Shown: positions 11,472 to 24,273, counted from the stretch's first letter. The stretch is 64,000 nt of DNA from an uncultured beta proteobacterium (GCA_963804805.1 CAWDRW010000004.1:264118-328117), one strand, 5' to 3'. Program-made: numbers and translations. The notes: a model not told the origin generated them from the sequence alone.

Positions 11472-12350
11472 TTAGCGGGGTCCGGGTTTCTCGCCGCCGG
11501 CCCCGACCGCATTGAGGGTCAGTTCGGGACGGGCGCCGTCGCCGGGAGCGGCGCCCTTGAGCCGGCCGAGCGAGTTGTCGACATCGACCACCCTTTCCTT
11601 GGCCGTCGGGTGGGTCTTGTAGAGGGCGGCCAGGGCATTTGTGTCGGCCTTGAGTGCAGCCAGGCGCTGCATGAAATTGAGGCAGGCCGCCGGGTCGTAG
11701 CCGGCGCGCGCCGCGAGCAGGATGCCGTCTTCGTCCGCCTCGCGCTCCGCACTGCGGTCGAGCCGGCGGTTGAATATTTCCTTGCTCTCGCCGATCAGCA
11801 GCCGGCGGTACTCCGCCGAGCCGCCGGACTTCGAGGTCGCCGTCAGCGCGCTGGCGCCGGCGGACACCAGCAGACTTTTCTGCAGCACGGCGATGTGGTG
11901 GCGACGGGTCACGTGGCCGATTTCATGGCCCAGCACGCAGGCCAGTTCGGCTTCGTTGGTGACGTGGTTCAGCATGCCGCGGGTAACCAGGATGGTGCCT
12001 CCCGGCGCGGCAAAGGCGTTGATCGAGTCCGACTCCACGGCGGCAAAACGCCAGGGCAATTCCGGGCGCGAGGACTGCAGCGCGATCCAGACGCCGACCT
12101 GGTTAAGGCGGTGCTGCAGGCCCGTGTCCCTGAGCGGCGGATAGCTGCCCAGCGTCGCCGCGACCACTTCCTTGCCGATGGCGAGTTCCTCTTCCTCGCT
12201 CATGGCGCCGACCGACTGGCTCTTGACCAGGCTCTTCGCCGTATCGAAGATCGACCCCAGGTCGAGGTTGCGCGATTGCGCCTGGATGGCCGGTGCTGCC
12301 AGTACCAGGGTCGCTGCCAGAAGGCTTGAACGGAGCAGGCAGGGCGTCAT
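11472..12350 (-). CDS. Peptidase M48 family metalloprotease, exported
   Basis: Signal peptide; INAFAAPGG, ELACVLGHEIGH, EREAD, THP motifs. Confidence 0.9.
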   Translation of the reverse strand: MTPCLLRSSLLAATLVLAAPAIQAQSRNLDLGSIFDTAKSLVKSQSVGAMSEEEELAIGKEVVAATLGSYPPLRDTGLQHRLNQVGVWIALQSSRPELPWRFAAVESDSINAFAAPGGTILVTRGMLNHVTNEAELACVLGHEIGHVTRRHHIAVLQKSLLVSAGASALTATSKSGGSAEYRRLLIGESKEIFNRRLDRSAEREADEDGILLAARAGYDPAACLNFMQRLAALKADTNALAALYKTHPTAKERVVDVDNSLGRLKGAAPGDGARPELTLNAVGAGGEKPGPR

Positions 12351-12385
12351 GGCGATCCTCGGGTGTGCGTGCCGGCGGCGCCGGC

Positions 12386-12696
12386 CTATTCGTAATTCAC
12401 CGGCCGGGCCGTCAATCCGCGCCGCGCGGCGGCGGCTTCGGCTTCCTTGCGCCCGGCCGCCCAGCTCTCCAGCAGCCTGGCGTCGCCGACGGCCGGCGCC
12501 GACGCCTTTGGCATCGCCCTCGTCCATTCCGCGCACGCCGAGCACGGCGGTCTCGTCTTTCTGGACCGGGGCTGCCGTCTCCTTGCCGCCGATCGCGCCG
12601 GTCACCGAGCGCAAGCAGGTCGGAAAGGCCTCCGCCCTGGGCCAGGGCGGCCGGCGACAGGGCGCAGAACAGCAGCAGGGAAAGTATGGTTTTCAT
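12386..12696 (-). CDS. Small exported hypothetical protein (about two frameshifts)
   Basis: MKTILSLLLFCALSPAALAQ signal peptide; continues in shifted frames through TAVLGVRGMDEGD to TAG at 12386-12388. Confidence 0.55.
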
Positions 12697-12840
12697 GGAC
12701 AAACCGACAAACCGGAAGAACGGATACTTTACCAATATAGTTGCAGTGTTTGCATCCAGCGCCCGGCGCGCCGGAAACCGCATAATGGGCAACCCACGCA
12801 TAGCGATTCGCGCCCGAGATCCGCCAACCCGCCGCCAGCC

Positions 12841-13924
12841 ATGTCCAACCCCGCTTCCGACCGCCTGTTGCACACGCTTGCCCTCGGTGCCCTGGCCGCA
12901 GGCTGCACGCTGGTGCTGTGGCCCTTCCTCACCTCGCTGGTCTGGGCGGCGATCCTCGTTTCCACCAGCTGGCCGGCCTTCCTCCGGCTGGAACGGGGCG
13001 CGGGACAGCGGCGCACCCTCGCCGCCTGCCTGATGACCCTGCTGGTCACCGTGGCGCTGCTGGGGCCCATCGACGGCGGTCGCCCTGGCCATGGCGGACA
13101 ACGCCGCCGAGCTGGGCCGCGCGGCGGCGGCGCTGACCCGGGACGGCTTGCCCGACGCACCCTCGTGGCTGGCCAGGCTGCCCCTGGTGGGGCAGACGAT
13201 CCACGACTACTGGCAACAGTTCGCGCATGACGGCCAGAGGCTCATGGCGGAACTGGAGAAGCTCGCCAAGCCGGCGCAGGCGGCCGCACTTGCCGCCGGC
13301 CGCGTGGTCGGCGCGGGAGTGCTGGACATGGCCCTGTCGGTATTCCTCGCCTTCTTCTTTTTCCTCCACGGCGAAGCGCTCGCCGGACGCCTGCGCGTCC
13401 TGCTCAAGCGCGTGACGGGGGTGCGCGCGGCCTACCTGCTCGGCATCGCGCGCAGCACCGTGACCGGCGTGATCTACGGCATCCTCGGTACCGGGCTTGC
13501 CCAGGGCGTGCTGGCGACCATCGGCTTTGCGGTCGCCGGCGTGCCCGGCGCCGTGCTGCTGGGCTTGGCCACCTTCTTCCTCTCCGTGGTGCCGGTGGGG
13601 CCGCCGCTGGTCTGGGGCGGCGCGGCGATCTGGCTGTTCCGCCAGGACCAGCCGGAATGGGCGCTGTTCGTCGCCGCCTGGGGTTTCTTCGTGGTCAGCA
13701 CCGTGGACAACGTGATCAAGCCCTTCATCATCAGCCGCGGCGCCAAGCTGCCCTTCGCCGTGGTCTTTCTCGGCGTACTGGGCGGCCTGCTGGCCTTCGG
13801 CGTGATCGGCGTCTTCCTCGGTCCGACCCTGCTGGCGGTGGGCTACCGCCTCGCCACCGAATGGACCGCCGGCGGACAGTCACCAACCGCTCAGGGCGAC
13901 AGCGATGCGGAGCCCTTGACCTGA
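12841..13924 (+). CDS. AI-2E family transporter (YdiK-like), frameshift near 13072
   Basis: LWPFLTSLVWAAIL N-terminus; DNVIKPFIIS...GGLLAFGVIGVFLGP C-terminus. Confidence 0.88.
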
Positions 13925-14019
13925 GGAGCGCCGGGGCACAGGGTCAGACGATTCACCCTCCCGGTCCAAGGGATGCTCCGCCGGAAATTTGCGCCATCCC
14001 GAGTTGTTAGAATCACCCC

Positions 14020-15856
14020 ATGATGCGCCGCGCTCCACCCGCCATGGCCCTGCCGGGCCCGATTCCCGAAACCCGCCACGACTGGGAAACCATCAAGACC
14101 CTGCTGCCCTACCTCTGGGCGTGGAAGGGTCGCGTCGTTATCGCGCTGACCTTCCTGCTGCTGGCCAAGCTGACCAATGTCGGCGTGCCGCTGGTGTTCA
14201 AGGACATCATCGACACGTTTACGGTTCCCGGCGCCAACCGGATGGAACAGGCCGTGCTGCTGGTGCCGCTGGGCCTCCTGGCGGCCTACGGCGCATTGCG
14301 CTTTTCGACCGTGCTGTTCACCGAGCTGCGCGAGATCTTCTTCGCCCGCGTCACCCAGCGCGCGGTGCGCACCATCACGCTGCAGGTGTTCGAGCACCTG
14401 CATGCGCTCAGCCTGCGCTTCCACCTCGACCGCCAGACCGGGGGCCTCACGCGCGACATCGAGCGCGGCACGCGCTCGATCGGCTCGCTGATCAGCTACA
14501 CGCTGTATTCGATCCTGCCGACCCTGGTCGAGATCCTGCTGGTGCTGGGCATCCTCGGCTTCCGCTACGACAAGGATTTCATGCTGATCACGCTGGTCAC
14601 GCTGGTGCTCTACGTGACCTTCACCATCATCGTCACCAACTGGCGCACCGTCCTGCGGCGCGAGGTCAACGAACTGGATTCGGCGGCCAACGTGCGCGCG
14701 GTGGATAGCCTGATCAATTTCGAGACGGTCAAGTACTTCAACAACGAGCGCTGGGAGCACGACCGCTACGACGAGCAGATGCAGAAGTGGGAGACCGCGC
14801 AGATCCGCAGCCAGATTTCGCTGTCGTGGCTGAATCTCGGCCAGTCGCTGATCATCGCCGCCGCGGTGACGCTGATGATGTGGCGCGCCGCGGTCGAGGT
14901 CGTCGCCGGCCGCATGACGGTGGGCGACATCGTGCTGGTGAATGCCTTCCTGATCCAGCTCTACATGCCGCTCAACCACCTCGGCGTGCTCTACCGCGAG
15001 ATCCGCCAGTCGCTGACCGACATCGAGCGCATGTTTTCGCTGCTGGGCAAGAACCGCGAGATCCAGGATGCGCCCGATGCGCGGCCGCTGTTCGCTGCGG
15101 GTGAAAGCGGCCCCTGCGAGGTCGAGTTCGACCATGTCGGTTTCGCCTACGAGTCCAACCGGCAGATCCTGTTCGACGTAAATTTCAAAGTCGGCGCCGG
15201 CAGGACGGTGGCCGTGGTCGGCCACAGCGGCTCGGGCAAGTCGACCCTGGCGCGGCTGCTTGTTCCGCTTTTACGACACCACCTCCGGCTCGGTGAAAAT
15301 CAACGGCTCGGACCTGCGTGCACTGCAGCAGGCTTCGGTGCGCGCCGCGATCGGCATCGTGCCGCAGGACACGGTGCTGTTCAACGACACGATCTTCTAC
15401 AACATCCAGTACGGCCGACCGGCGGCCCCGCGCGAGGAAGTCATCGCCGCCGCCCGGGCCGCGCATATCCACAATTTCATCGCGGCTTTGCCCGAAGGCT
15501 ACGAGACGCGGGTCGGCGAACGCGGCCTCAAGCTCTCCGGCGGCGAGAAGCAGCGCGTGGCGATTGCCCGGGCACTGTTGAAGAACCCGCCGATCCTGAT
15601 TTTCGACGAGGCCACCTCGGCACTGGATTCCAAGACGGAAAAGGCCATCCAGGCCCAGCTCGAGCAGGTCGCCGTGGGCCGCACCACGCTGATCATCGCC
15701 CACCGCCTGTCCACGGTGATGAACGCCGACGAGATCCTGGTGCTCGATGCCGGGCGCATCGTCGAGCGCGGCGCCCATCGCACACTGCTCGAGCGCGGTG
15801 GCCTATACTCGCAAATGTGGGCCTTGCAGCAGCAGGAATATGAGGTTTCGGTGTAG
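14020..15856 (+). CDS. Atm1/ABCB7-type ABC exporter, frameshift near 15260
   Basis: [55 protein letters not shown]. Confidence 0.92.
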
Positions 15857-15952
15857 GCTAGCGCCCGTTGTTTCCGTGTTGCGCCTTGTGCGCAACCGTC
15901 GTTAGCAGGACCCAACTGAAGTTCGATCAATAAATAATTACAGGAGACCACC

Positions 15953-16862
15953 ATGATCCGTCGCGCCGCCCTTGTCGCATCCATCACCCTCACGACCCTT
16001 TCCCTGCCCGCCTTCGCCCAGGACGCCGGCACGCTCAAAAAGATAAAGGACAGCGGCGCCGCCACCATGGGCGTGCGCGAATCGTCCGGCGGCCTGTCCT
16101 TCACGGTCGGCGACGGCAAGTTCGCCGGCTTCCACGTCGAACTGTGCCAGCGCGCGCTGGCCGACGTGCAGAAGCAGCTCGGCATGGCCAAGCTGGACAT
16201 CAAGTACCAGCCGGTGACCTCGCAAAACCGCATCCCGCTGATGCAGAACGGCACGATCGACATCGAGTGCGGTTCGACCACCAACAATGCCGCCCGCCAG
16301 AAGGATGTCTCCTTCGCCGTCACCACCTTCGTCGAGGAAGTCCGCATCGCGGTCAAGGCCAACTCCGGCATCACCTCGATCGGCCAGCTCAACGGCAGGA
16401 ACGTCGCCACCACCACCGGCACCACCTCCGTGCAGCATCTGCGCAAACACGAGCGCGCCACCGGCGTGGACTTCAAGGAGGTGTTCGGCAAGGACCACGC
16501 CGACAGCTTCCTGCTGCTCGAGTCCGGTCGCGCCGACGCCTTCGTCATGGACGGCCAGATCCTCGCCGGCAACATCGCCAAGTCGAAGAACCCGGCGGAT
16601 TTCAAGATCGTCGGCGAAGTGCTTTCGGTCGAGCCGATTGCCATCATGATCCGCAAGGACGACCCGGCCTTCAAGAAGGCGGTGGACAACAGCCTGGCCG
16701 CGATGATGAAGTCCGGCGAGATGGCCAAGGATCTACGACAAGTGGTTCATGCAGCCGATCCCGCCGACCAACACGAGCATCGGCCTGCCGGCTTCGGAGG
16801 CGACCAAGGCGGCGTGGGCGAACCCCAACGACAAGCCGATGGAAGACTACGCCAAGAAGTAA
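15953..16862 (+). CDS. gltI: Glu/Asp-type amino acid ABC substrate-binding protein (GltI-like), frameshift near 16730
   Basis: VTSQNRIPLMQNGTIDIECGSTTNNAARQKDV. Confidence 0.85.
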
Positions 16863-16885
16863 ATCTGGATAAACACAGGGGCTGA

Positions 16886-16920
16886 AAGCGCGGCGGCAAC
16901 ACCGCCGCGCTTTCTTCTTT
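16886..16920 (+). terminator. Hairpin/terminator after binding-protein gene
   Basis: AAAGCGCGGCGG-caaca-CCGCCGCGCTTTcttcttt. Confidence 0.6.
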
Positions 16921-16950
16921 CCGGCGGAAACGGAGTCGAAGGGAACCGGC

Positions 16951-17697
16951 TTGGCTACTTGGGACTGGCAGGTCTTCTGCAAGGAAACCACCAGCGGCGA
17001 GATGTCGGCGACTTGCTTTGGCAAGGGCGGCGACATCACCTACCTCGACTGGCTGCTTTCGGCCTGGGGCTGGACGCTCTCGGTGTCGGTCCTGGCGCTG
17101 CTGGTGGCACTGTTCTTCGGCTCGCTGATGGGCATCCTGCGCACCACGCCGCACCGCGGGCTGGTGCTGCTGGGCAATGTCTGGACCGAGCTGTTCCGCA
17201 ACATTCCGCTGCTGGTGCAGATCTTCCTCTGGTACCACGTCGTACCGTCATTGTTTCCGGTCCTGCGCGGCGTACCCAGCTTCATCCTGGTGGTGATGGG
17301 CCTCGGCCTGTTCACCTCGGCGCGCATTTCCGAACAGGTCCGCGCCGGCATCCAGGCGCTGGCGGGGGGGCAGCGCATGGCCGGCCTGGCGATGGGATTC
17401 ACCCTGCCGCAGACCTACCGCCACGTGCTGCTGCCGATGGCCTACCGCATCATCATCCCGCCGCTCACCAGCGAATCGATGAACATCATCAAGAATTCCT
17501 CGGTGGCTTTCGCGGTCAGCATTTCCGAGCTCACCCTGTTCGCCCTGCAGGCGCAGGAAGAGACCTCGCGCGGTGTCGAGGTCTACCTGGCGGTGACGGG
17601 GCTGTACTTCGTCTCCGCCTTCGCCATCAACCGCGTCGCGCTGTTCATCGAGAACCGCGTGCGCGTCCCCGGCATGATCGGCGGGGGAGGCCACTGA
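16951..17697 (+). CDS. gltJ: Amino acid ABC permease (GltJ-like)
   Basis: ELFRNIPLLVQIF, SEQVRAGI; TTG start. Confidence 0.82.
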   Translation: MATWDWQVFCKETTSGEMSATCFGKGGDITYLDWLLSAWGWTLSVSVLALLVALFFGSLMGILRTTPHRGLVLLGNVWTELFRNIPLLVQIFLWYHVVPSLFPVLRGVPSFILVVMGLGLFTSARISEQVRAGIQALAGGQRMAGLAMGFTLPQTYRHVLLPMAYRIIIPPLTSESMNIIKNSSVAFAVSISELTLFALQAQEETSRGVEVYLAVTGLYFVSAFAINRVALFIENRVRVPGMIGGGGH

Positions 17698-18365
17698 TGC
17701 TGGCCCTGGATTTCTCCTTTTTCACGCCGGAGCTGGTTTCCGGCTATATCGTCAAGGGCTTCATCTTCTCGATACAGCTGACGCTCGTCGCCATGATCGG
17801 CGGCATCGTCCTCGGCACCCTGCTGGCGCTGATGCGGCTTTCCGGCAAACCCTGGCTGGTCATGCCGGCGGCGGCGTACGTCAATACCATGCGCAGCATT
17901 CCGCTGGTGATGGTGATCCTCTGGTTCTTCCTGCTCATCCCGCTGGTGCTCGGACGCCCGCTCGGCGCCGAAACCTCTGCCATCATCACCTTCACCCTGT
18001 TCGAGGCGGCGTACTACTCGGAAATCATGCGCGCCGGGATCCAGAGCATTTCCCGGGGACAGGTCGCCGCAGGCTACGCGCTGGGCATGAGCTACCGGCA
18101 GACCATGGGCCTGATCGTCCTGCCGCAGGCCTTCCGCAACATGCTGCCGGTGCTGCTGACGCAAACCATCATCCTGTTCCAGGATACCTCGCTGGTGTAT
18201 GCCATCGGCGCCTACGACCTGCTCAAGGGCTTCGAGATCGCCGGCAAGAATTTCAACCGCCCGGTCGAGACCTATCTGGTCGCCGCCGTGCTGTATTTCA
18301 TCATCAGCTTCAGCTTGTCCATGCTGGTAAGAAAACTGCAGCAGCGCATCGCCATCGTCCGCTGA
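17697..18365 (+). CDS. gltK: Amino acid ABC permease (GltK-like)
   Basis: MLALDFSFF...; [30 protein letters not shown]. Confidence 0.82.
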   Translation: MLALDFSFFTPELVSGYIVKGFIFSIQLTLVAMIGGIVLGTLLALMRLSGKPWLVMPAAAYVNTMRSIPLVMVILWFFLLIPLVLGRPLGAETSAIITFTLFEAAYYSEIMRAGIQSISRGQVAAGYALGMSYRQTMGLIVLPQAFRNMLPVLLTQTIILFQDTSLVYAIGAYDLLKGFEIAGKNFNRPVETYLVAAVLYFIISFSLSMLVRKLQQRIAIVR

Positions 18366-18378
18366 AGGGGAACCCCTC

Positions 18379-19113
18379 GTGTCCATGATCGAAATAAAGA
18401 ACATCAGCAAATGGTACGGCGCCTTTCAGGTGCTGACCGACTGCACGACGCAGGTGGAGAAAGGCGAGGTCATCGTCGTTTGCGGCCCATCCGGCTCCGG
18501 CAAATCGACCCTGATCAAATGCGTCAATGGCCTCGAAGCCTTCCAGCAGGGTGAGGTTTTCGTCAACGGAACCTCCGTCGGTGACCCGCAGACCGACCTG
18601 CCGAAACTGCGCGCGCGCGTCGGCATGGTGTTCCAGCACTTCGAGCTGTTCCCGCACATGACCATTACTGAAAACCTGTCGATCGCCCAGATCAAGGTAC
18701 TCGGGCGGAGCAAGGACGAGGCCAACGAACGCGGCCTGAAACTGCTCGACCGCGTCGGGCTGAAGCTGCAGGCCCACAAACATCCGGGCCAGCTCTCCGG
18801 CGGCCAGCAGCAGCGCGTGGCGATCGCGCGGGCGCTGTCCATGGATCCGATCTGCATGCTGTTCGACGAACCGACCTCGGCGCTCGACCCGGAAATGGTC
18901 AACGAGGTGCTCGACGTCATGGTCGAACTGGCGCAGGAAGGCATGACCATGATGTGCGTGTCGCACGAAATGGGTTTCGCGCGCAAGGTCGCCCATCGCG
19001 TGATCTTCATGGACCAGGGCGGCATCGTCGAAGACGCGACCAAGGAAGAGTTCTTCGGCACCCCGCGCTCGGAACGCGCCCAGCAGTTCCTGTCGAAAAT
19101 CCTGTCGCACTGA
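18379..19113 (+). CDS. gltL: Amino acid ABC ATP-binding protein (GltL-like)
   Basis: [35 protein letters not shown]. Confidence 0.88.
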   Translation: MSMIEIKNISKWYGAFQVLTDCTTQVEKGEVIVVCGPSGSGKSTLIKCVNGLEAFQQGEVFVNGTSVGDPQTDLPKLRARVGMVFQHFELFPHMTITENLSIAQIKVLGRSKDEANERGLKLLDRVGLKLQAHKHPGQLSGGQQQRVAIARALSMDPICMLFDEPTSALDPEMVNEVLDVMVELAQEGMTMMCVSHEMGFARKVAHRVIFMDQGGIVEDATKEEFFGTPRSERAQQFLSKILSH

Positions 19114-19121
19114 AACCCGGC

Positions 19122-19535
19122 GTGGCGCAAGGCACACTGATCGAAACCACGGACCTGGCCGCCGATGCCAGCCTTGCCGCGGCGAAAGGCGTGCCGCTGG
19201 TAGTGCTCTACAGCCGCGACGACTGCAGCTGGTGCGCGAAAGTGCGGCGCGAACATCTGGAGCCGCTGTCGCGCGATCCGGCGACGCCGGCCGTGATACG
19301 CGAACTGCACATGGACCGTGCCACACCCCTGCTTGATTTCGCCGGCCGCCGTACCACCGGCGCCGACTTTTCCAAACAGATGCAGGCGCAGTTCGCACCT
19401 ACCGTGATGTTCCACGGCCCCGACGGCGCGGCCCTGGCCGAACCCATTGTCGGCTTTCGCCTGGCCGATTTCTACGCCGCCTACCTCGATCGCGCGATCG
19501 AGGAAAGCCGAGTCAGACTCCGGCTTCGGAAATGA
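19122..19535 (+). CDS. Thioredoxin-fold protein (SoxW-like)
   Basis: [16 protein letters not shown] CxxC; FAPTVMF; stop overlaps ppc start. Confidence 0.75.
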   Translation: MAQGTLIETTDLAADASLAAAKGVPLVVLYSRDDCSWCAKVRREHLEPLSRDPATPAVIRELHMDRATPLLDFAGRRTTGADFSKQMQAQFAPTVMFHGPDGAALAEPIVGFRLADFYAAYLDRAIEESRVRLRLRK

Positions 19536-22306
19536 ACATGAATACGCCCGCCGCCGACAAGGACCAGCCCCTGCGCGACGACATCCGCCTGCTCGGCCGC
19601 CTGCTCGGCGACACGGTGCGCGAACAGGAGGGCGTCGAGGTCTTCGAGCGCGTCGAGCAGATTCGCCGCCTCGCCCTGCGCCTGCATCGCGACGACGACC
19701 CCGCCGCGCGCGCGGAAATGGATGCCGTGCTGCGCAATCTGCCGCGCGAAGGCAGCAACATGGTGGTGCGCGCCTTCAGCTATTTCTCGCACCTGGCCAA
19801 TATCGCCGAAGACCAGCATCACATCCGCCGCGCGCGGGCGCATGCCCGTGCCGGCTCGCAGCCGCGCGAAGGCAGCCTGGCCCTGTCCTTGCAGCGCGCG
19901 TTGGCCTCCGGCATCGACGCGGCGAAGCTGCGCGATTTTTTCGCCGGCGCCCAGGTACGGCCGGTGCTGACCGCGCACCCGACCGAAGTCCAGCGCAAGA
20001 GCATCCTCGACTGCCAGTGGAAGATCGCGCGCCTGCTCGACGAGCGCGACCGCACCGAACTGTCTCCCGAAGAACAGGCGGAACACGACGAGGCCCTGCG
20101 CCGCGCCGTGCTGCGCCTGTGGCAGACGCGCATGCTGCGCCGCGCCAAGCTCTCGGTGATGGACGAGGTGAATAACGCGCTGTCCTTCTACGACATGACC
20201 TTCCTGCGTGAACTGCCGCGCCTCTACAACACCTGCGAGGACCACCTCGCCGGCGCCATACCCGAATGGAAGGCGCGGGGCCTGGCCGAGCTGCCGCCCT
20301 TCCTGCGCCCCGGTTCGTGGATCGGCGGCGATCGCGACGGCAACCCCTTCGTCACCGCCGAAGTGCTGGAGGCCGCGATGCGCGCGCAAAGCCGCAAGGC
20401 CATCGGCTACCTGCTGGAACAACTGCACCAGCTCGGCGCCGAGCTGTCCACCACTACCTCGCTGATCGAGGTGCCCGACGTCGAGCTGATGCGCCTGGCC
20501 GAACAGTCTCCCGACCGCAGCCCGCACCGCTTAGACGAACCCTACCGCCGCGCCATCGCCGGCTTCTATGCGCGGCTGGCAGCGACCGCGCTGCAGCTGG
20601 ACAACCTGGAAGCGCCGCGCCATGCCGTGGCAGACGCCGAGCCCTACGCCACGTCCGCCGAATTCGCCGCCGACCTCGACGTGCTGCACCGCGCGCTGAT
20701 CAGCCACAAGTGCGGCCTGCTCGGGCGCGGCCGCTTGCGCCGCCTGCGCCATGCCGTGGCGATTTTCGGCTTCCACCTGGCGCCGCTCGATCTGCGCCAG
20801 AACTCGGATGTGCATGCGCGCACCGTGGCCGAGCTGCTGGCCATTGCGCGCCCCGGCTGCGACTATCTTTCCCTCGATGAAGACGGCCGCATCGCCCTGC
20901 TGCTGGAGGAACTCGCGACGCCGCGGCCGCTGACGGCGCCCGGCGTCAATTACTCGGACGAAACGCGCGGCGAGCTGGCGATCTTCCATACCGCGCAGAG
21001 CATCCACCGGCGCTATGGCAAGGCGGCGATCGAGAACGTGGTCATTTCCAAGACCGACGGCGTTTCCGACATCCTCGAAGTCGCCGTGCTGTTGAAGGAA
21101 GTCGGCCTGCTGCGGCCGCTGGAACACGCGCTGGACGTGAACATCGTGCCGCTGTTCGAAACCATCGACGACCTCGTCAATGCCGGGCCGATCATGGACC
21201 GGCTGCTGGCGATCCCGCTTTACAACCGGTTGCTCGGCTCGCGCAATGCCCTGCAGGAATGCATGCTGGGTTATTCCGACAGCAACAAGGACGGCGGCTT
21301 CCTGACCTCGGGCTGGGCGCTGTATCGCGCCGAGATCGCGCTGACGCAGGTATTCGCCCGGCATGGCATCACGCTGCGCCTGTTCCACGGCCGCGGCGGC
21401 TCGGTCGGCCGCGGCGGCGGGCCGAGCTACCAGGCCATCCTCGCGCAACCGCAGGGCGCGGTGCAGGGACAGATCCGCATCACCGAACAGGGCGAGGTGA
21501 TCGCCTCGAAGTACGCCAACCCGGAGCTCGGCCGGCGCAACCTGGAAATCCTCGCCGCCGCCACGCTGGAGGCCACGCTGCTGGCGCACGAACACGATGC
21601 GCCGCGTCCCGAATTTCTGGCCGCCATGGAAGAGCTCTCGGCAACAGCATTTGCCGCCTACCGCAGCATGGTCTACGACACGCCCGGCTTCGAGCAGTAC
21701 TTCTGGGAGTCGACGGTCATCGCCGAAATCGCGGCACTCAACATCGGCAGCCGGCCGGCCTCGCGCAAGAAGACCACGGCCATCGAAGACCTGCGCGCGA
21801 TCCCCTGGGTGTTCTCCTGGGCGCAGTGCCGCCTGATGCTGCCGGGCTGGTTCGGCTTCGGTTCGGCAGTCGCCGCATTCCGCGAAACGCACGGCGCGGC
21901 CGGCATGGCGCTGCTGGCGGAGATGCATCGCGAATGGGGCTTCTTCCGCGCCCTGCTGTCGAACATGGACATGGTGCTGGGCAAGAGCGACATCGCGATC
22001 GCCGAGCGTTATTCGCAGTTGGTGAAGGACGAAGGCCTGCGCAATGCGATCTTCCCGCGCCTCAAGGCCGAGTGGCAGGCCTCGATCGATGCGCTGCTGG
22101 CCATCACCGGCGAGAAGGAGTTGCTCGACCTCAATCCGCTGCTGAAGCGTTCGATCCGCAACCGCTTCCCCTACCTCGACCCGGTAAACCACATCCAGAT
22201 CGAACTGCTGCGCCGCCACCGCGCCGGTGAAACCGACGACCGGGTGCAGCGCGGCATCCACCTGACCATCAACGGCGTCGCCGCCGGCCTGCGCAACAGC
22301 GGCTGA
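19532..22306 (+). CDS. ppc: Phosphoenolpyruvate carboxylase
   Basis: [51 protein letters not shown]-terminal GLRNSG. Confidence 0.99.
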   Translation: MNMNTPAADKDQPLRDDIRLLGRLLGDTVREQEGVEVFERVEQIRRLALRLHRDDDPAARAEMDAVLRNLPREGSNMVVRAFSYFSHLANIAEDQHHIRRARAHARAGSQPREGSLALSLQRALASGIDAAKLRDFFAGAQVRPVLTAHPTEVQRKSILDCQWKIARLLDERDRTELSPEEQAEHDEALRRAVLRLWQTRMLRRAKLSVMDEVNNALSFYDMTFLRELPRLYNTCEDHLAGAIPEWKARGLAELPPFLRPGSWIGGDRDGNPFVTAEVLEAAMRAQSRKAIGYLLEQLHQLGAELSTTTSLIEVPDVELMRLAEQSPDRSPHRLDEPYRRAIAGFYARLAATALQLDNLEAPRHAVADAEPYATSAEFAADLDVLHRALISHKCGLLGRGRLRRLRHAVAIFGFHLAPLDLRQNSDVHARTVAELLAIARPGCDYLSLDEDGRIALLLEELATPRPLTAPGVNYSDETRGELAIFHTAQSIHRRYGKAAIENVVISKTDGVSDILEVAVLLKEVGLLRPLEHALDVNIVPLFETIDDLVNAGPIMDRLLAIPLYNRLLGSRNALQECMLGYSDSNKDGGFLTSGWALYRAEIALTQVFARHGITLRLFHGRGGSVGRGGGPSYQAILAQPQGAVQGQIRITEQGEVIASKYANPELGRRNLEILAAATLEATLLAHEHDAPRPEFLAAMEELSATAFAAYRSMVYDTPGFEQYFWESTVIAEIAALNIGSRPASRKKTTAIEDLRAIPWVFSWAQCRLMLPGWFGFGSAVAAFRETHGAAGMALLAEMHREWGFFRALLSNMDMVLGKSDIAIAERYSQLVKDEGLRNAIFPRLKAEWQASIDALLAITGEKELLDLNPLLKRSIRNRFPYLDPVNHIQIELLRRHRAGETDDRVQRGIHLTINGVAAGLRNSG

Positions 22307-22318
22307 GCAGGGGGCGCC

Positions 22319-23512
22319 TCAGCCCGAGTACTGCTTGCCGCCGTAGCGCGTGACGCCGATCAGCAGGCGCACCAGGCTGTAGGCGGCGGCGATGGTGAAC
22401 CGCGACAGCCAGGATCGGCGGCGCTGGTCCGCGGTCCGGATCTCGCGCGCCGCTCCGTCCAGGGCGGTTTGCAGGCTGGCGCGCAATTGTCCGGCAAAGG
22501 CGGCGTCGCGCACCACGACGTTGGCCTCGCGCGACAGCAGCAGGCTGAAGGGATCGATGTTGGACGAACCGACGGTAGCCCAGTCGCCGTCGATCACCGC
22601 CACCTTGGCATGCAGTTCGGCCGGCGCGTATTCGAAGACGCGCACGCCGGCGCGCAGCATGCGGTCGTAGAGGGACTGCGTCGCGTAGTGCAGCAGGACA
22701 TGGTCTGTCGGCCCCTGCAGCAGCAACTTGACCGCCACGCCGCGCTTCGCCGCCGCCAGCAGCACCTTGCGAAAGCGCCGGCCGGGCAGGAAGTAGGCAT
22801 TGGCGATCACGATTTCGTCTTGCGCCGCATCGATGGCCGCCAGATAGGCGTTCTCGATATCGCGGCGATGGCGCAGGTTGTCGCGGATCAGCAGCGCCGC
22901 CGCGGTCGTGCCGGTTCTGGCCGGCGCTGCCGGCAGCGCCGGCGGCGGCGGCGGGCGGCGGCCGAGGCGCGCCCAGCGCACCAGGCGCCAGACATGCCGC
23001 ACATCGGCATGGATGCGCGCCACCAGCGGGCCCTCGACCTGCACGGCGTAATCGAAGCGCGCCGCCGCCGACTTGCCGTCGTCGAAATCATCGATCACGT
23101 TGATGCCGCCGACGAACGCCAGGCGGCCGTCGACCACCACAAGCTTGCGATGCAGCCGGCGCAGGCGATGACGGCGAAAGCCGTACTGCCCGGATTCCGG
23201 CCGGTAGGTCATGACCTCGACACGGGCCGCCGCCAGCGACACGCCAAGGCCGGCGGCAAACCCGCGCGCGCCGAAACCATCCACCAGCACGCGCACGGCG
23301 ACGCCGCGTCGCGCGGCAAGGGTCAGCGCCGCGGCGACCAGGCGCCCGGTGCTGTCATCGGCAAAGATATAGGTTTCCAGATGCACTTCGTGCAGCGCCG
23401 CGTCAATCGCGGCGATCAGGGCCGGAAAGTATTCGCCGCCGGATTCGAGCAACTCCAGACGGTTGCCGGCGATGAAGTCTTGAGTCGCCGAAACCGGCGG
23501 GGCTTGGGTCAC
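22319..23512 (-). CDS. clsB: Cardiolipin synthase ClsB
   Basis: Two HKD motifs (LHRKLVVVD, LHAKVAVID); GTG start overlaps ybhP stop. Confidence 0.88.
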   Translation of the reverse strand: MTQAPPVSATQDFIAGNRLELLESGGEYFPALIAAIDAALHEVHLETYIFADDSTGRLVAAALTLAARRGVAVRVLVDGFGARGFAAGLGVSLAAARVEVMTYRPESGQYGFRRHRLRRLHRKLVVVDGRLAFVGGINVIDDFDDGKSAAARFDYAVQVEGPLVARIHADVRHVWRLVRWARLGRRPPPPPALPAAPARTGTTAAALLIRDNLRHRRDIENAYLAAIDAAQDEIVIANAYFLPGRRFRKVLLAAAKRGVAVKLLLQGPTDHVLLHYATQSLYDRMLRAGVRVFEYAPAELHAKVAVIDGDWATVGSSNIDPFSLLLSREANVVVRDAAFAGQLRASLQTALDGAAREIRTADQRRRSWLSRFTIAAAYSLVRLLIGVTRYGGKQYSG

Positions 23513-24273
23513 GACTCGTCGGCCTTGACCTGTAATTCTGCGGCAAGCACGGCATGGTCGGAAATGGTCGACCACGGCCGCCCGGCATGCACCCGGCTAT
23601 CGACGATCTGCAGACCGCGCTGGTAAATGCGGTCGAGGCGAAACATCGGCATGGCCGCCGGGAAGCTGCGCGAAGGGCGCCGGCCTGAGCCGGAAAAAAC
23701 CTCGACCAGGCCGAGACGATCCGCCAACTGGTCATCGGCGTGGTTGCGCCAGTCGTTGAAGTCGCCGGCGATCAACAGCGGCGCGCCGGCCGGCACCAGG
23801 TCCTCGATGCGGTTCGCCAGCGCGTCGAGCTGCAGCCGCCGCGAGCGGGCGAACAGCGAGAGATGCACGCAAACGCAATGCACCGGTAGCGCCAGTTGCG
23901 GCAACTGGACGGCGCAGTGCAAGAGCCCGCGCTTGTCGAAGCGCAGGTGGGTTACGTCCTGGTTGTCGCTATGCAGAATGGGGAAGCGGGAAAGGATCGC
24001 GTTGCCATGGTGGCCGCGGTCATAAACCATGTTGCTGCCGTAGCAGTGGTCGCTCCAGACGTCTTCGGCGAGGAATTCATGCTGCGGCAGCGCCGGCCAG
24101 TCGGTATGCCGGGCGGCATGCCCGAGGTGCAAGCCCTGCACTTCCTGGAGGAACACGATGTCGGCCGACAACTCGCGCAGGCGGTCGCGCAGCTCATGCA
24201 CCATCATGCGGCGATTGAACTGCGAGAAACCCTTGTGGATGTTCCAGGTGGCAACGGAGAGAGCTTGTGTCAT
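23509..24273 (-). CDS. Endonuclease/exonuclease/phosphatase family protein (YbhP-like)
   Basis: TWNIHKG, DIVFLQEVQG, AGDFNDW, SDH; paired with clsB. Confidence 0.9.
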   Translation of the reverse strand: MTQALSVATWNIHKGFSQFNRRMMVHELRDRLRELSADIVFLQEVQGLHLGHAARHTDWPALPQHEFLAEDVWSDHCYGSNMVYDRGHHGNAILSRFPILHSDNQDVTHLRFDKRGLLHCAVQLPQLALPVHCVCVHLSLFARSRRLQLDALANRIEDLVPAGAPLLIAGDFNDWRNHADDQLADRLGLVEVFSGSGRRPSRSFPAAMPMFRLDRIYQRGLQIVDSRVHAGRPWSTISDHAVLAAELQVKADES

